From positions 12,321-76,320 of the forward strand of contig CACAFI010000002.1 in assembly GCA_902531755.1 (NCBI GenBank): a DNA stretch of 64,000 bases. The letters run 5' to 3'. The DNA comes from an uncultured Alphaproteobacteria bacterium. GTDB lineage: Bacteria > Pseudomonadota > Alphaproteobacteria > Rhodobacterales > Rhodobacteraceae. Position 1 is the stretch's first letter; the number at the start of each line of letters is the position of its first letter. Both the position numbers and the translations under genes were made by a program. This document shows, in pieces, positions 63,633 to 64,000 of this stretch. Below the pieces are notes generated by a model that was not told where the DNA came from, did not search any database, and worked only from the letters and a program-made list of their open reading frames with translations.

Positions 63633-64000
63633 CTAAAGCATACATCTTTCCAATGTCTTGATATTTACCTCTTTAAATATTCCCACAATGTAACCATCCG
63701 GTCTGATAAGGTAATTTAAATCCACTGTGTATCTTTCTAAACCTTTACCTTCAAAATCTAAGAAATCCACATCTTGATTATTTTCTTCACCAACACTTAT
63801 TATGTTTAAATCGAAGGGAAACTCGATTTTCATTTTTGAAAATGAGAGCAAATTATAGCTGTTAGCAATCACATCAGTAAGAAATAATCGGTTTCCTTTC
63901 CTATCGAGAATTGGAAAGTCTATGTAGACAGATCCAAGCAGAGGATCATCCTTATACTCATTATCTAGCTTTAAACCACCTAACTTGAAAGGAACAGAGA
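63633..64000 (-). CDS. C-terminal part of an FAD-dependent aromatic-ring monooxygenase (MhpA/PheA-like), 5' end beyond window
   Basis: The frame stays open from the window edge (SVPFKLGGLKLDNEYKDDPLLGSVYIDFPILDRKGNRLFLTDVIANSY...). It contains the C-terminal thioredoxin-like domain motif LIRPDGYIVG. The track shows only the GTG-started 79-aa tail. Confidence 0.6.
   Translation of the reverse strand, partial: SVPFKLGGLKLDNEYKDDPLLGSVYIDFPILDRKGNRLFLTDVIANSYNLLSFSKMKIEFPFDLNIISVGEENNQDVDFLDFEGKGLERYTVDLNYLIRPDGYIVGIFKEVNIKTLERCML

Overview
AT-rich bacterial chromosome segment, roughly 30% GC by eye. It shows alphaproteobacterial core synteny (murA-hisD-UPF0262-LMW phosphatase-infA-maf-RNase E/G). 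It probably comes from a streamlined marine lineage of the SAR11/Pelagibacterales type, but that is inference only.

Positions 1-37.3 kb form one surface-glycan island. Its right edge carries an RfaH-like antiterminator gene, a ~650 bp gene-free spacer and tRNA-Phe. The island holds 28 tightly packed minus-strand genes:
- nucleotide-sugar activation genes (galU, ManC-like, ManB-like);
- WbpO/WbpP-like UDP-GlcNAcA genes;
- a nonulosonic-acid module with a NeuB-like synthase and a CMP-transferase;
- an AsnB-like amidotransferase;
- a PP-loop acetamidino-type amidotransferase fused to an amidase;
- several methyltransferases and an MsbA-like exporter.

A divergent plus-strand sulfate-activation operon (sat, truncated pyruvate-kinase-like protein, TSUP permease, APS kinase) and two membrane-anchored sulfotransferase-fold proteins complete the island.

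The most striking content is a contiguous block at 10946-15960. Its domain composition and gene order match the Campylobacter jejuni Cj1415-Cj1419 O-methyl phosphoramidate (MeOPN) donor pathway: glutamine kinase, GATase-fold hydrolase, cytidylyltransferase, APS-kinase-like CDP-amidate kinase and a methyltransferase. A divergent sulfotransferase-fold protein follows directly and is a candidate transferase. An ops-like GCGGTAGC element sits in an operon leader, matching the RfaH paralog.

The rest of the window (38.6-64 kb) is mostly core or housekeeping genes:
- four tRNAs;
- a decayed tRNA-Thr integration scar bracketing a lone sugar O-methyltransferase;
- an orphan 685-aa secreted protein;
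- acyl-CoA metabolism genes, a P450, glmU and moaA;
- a gph gene whose catalytic motif lies upstream of any canonical start codon.

No CRISPR array, transposase, integrase or prophage genes were seen. All functional calls rest on motif and architecture recognition by eye; no database search was run.
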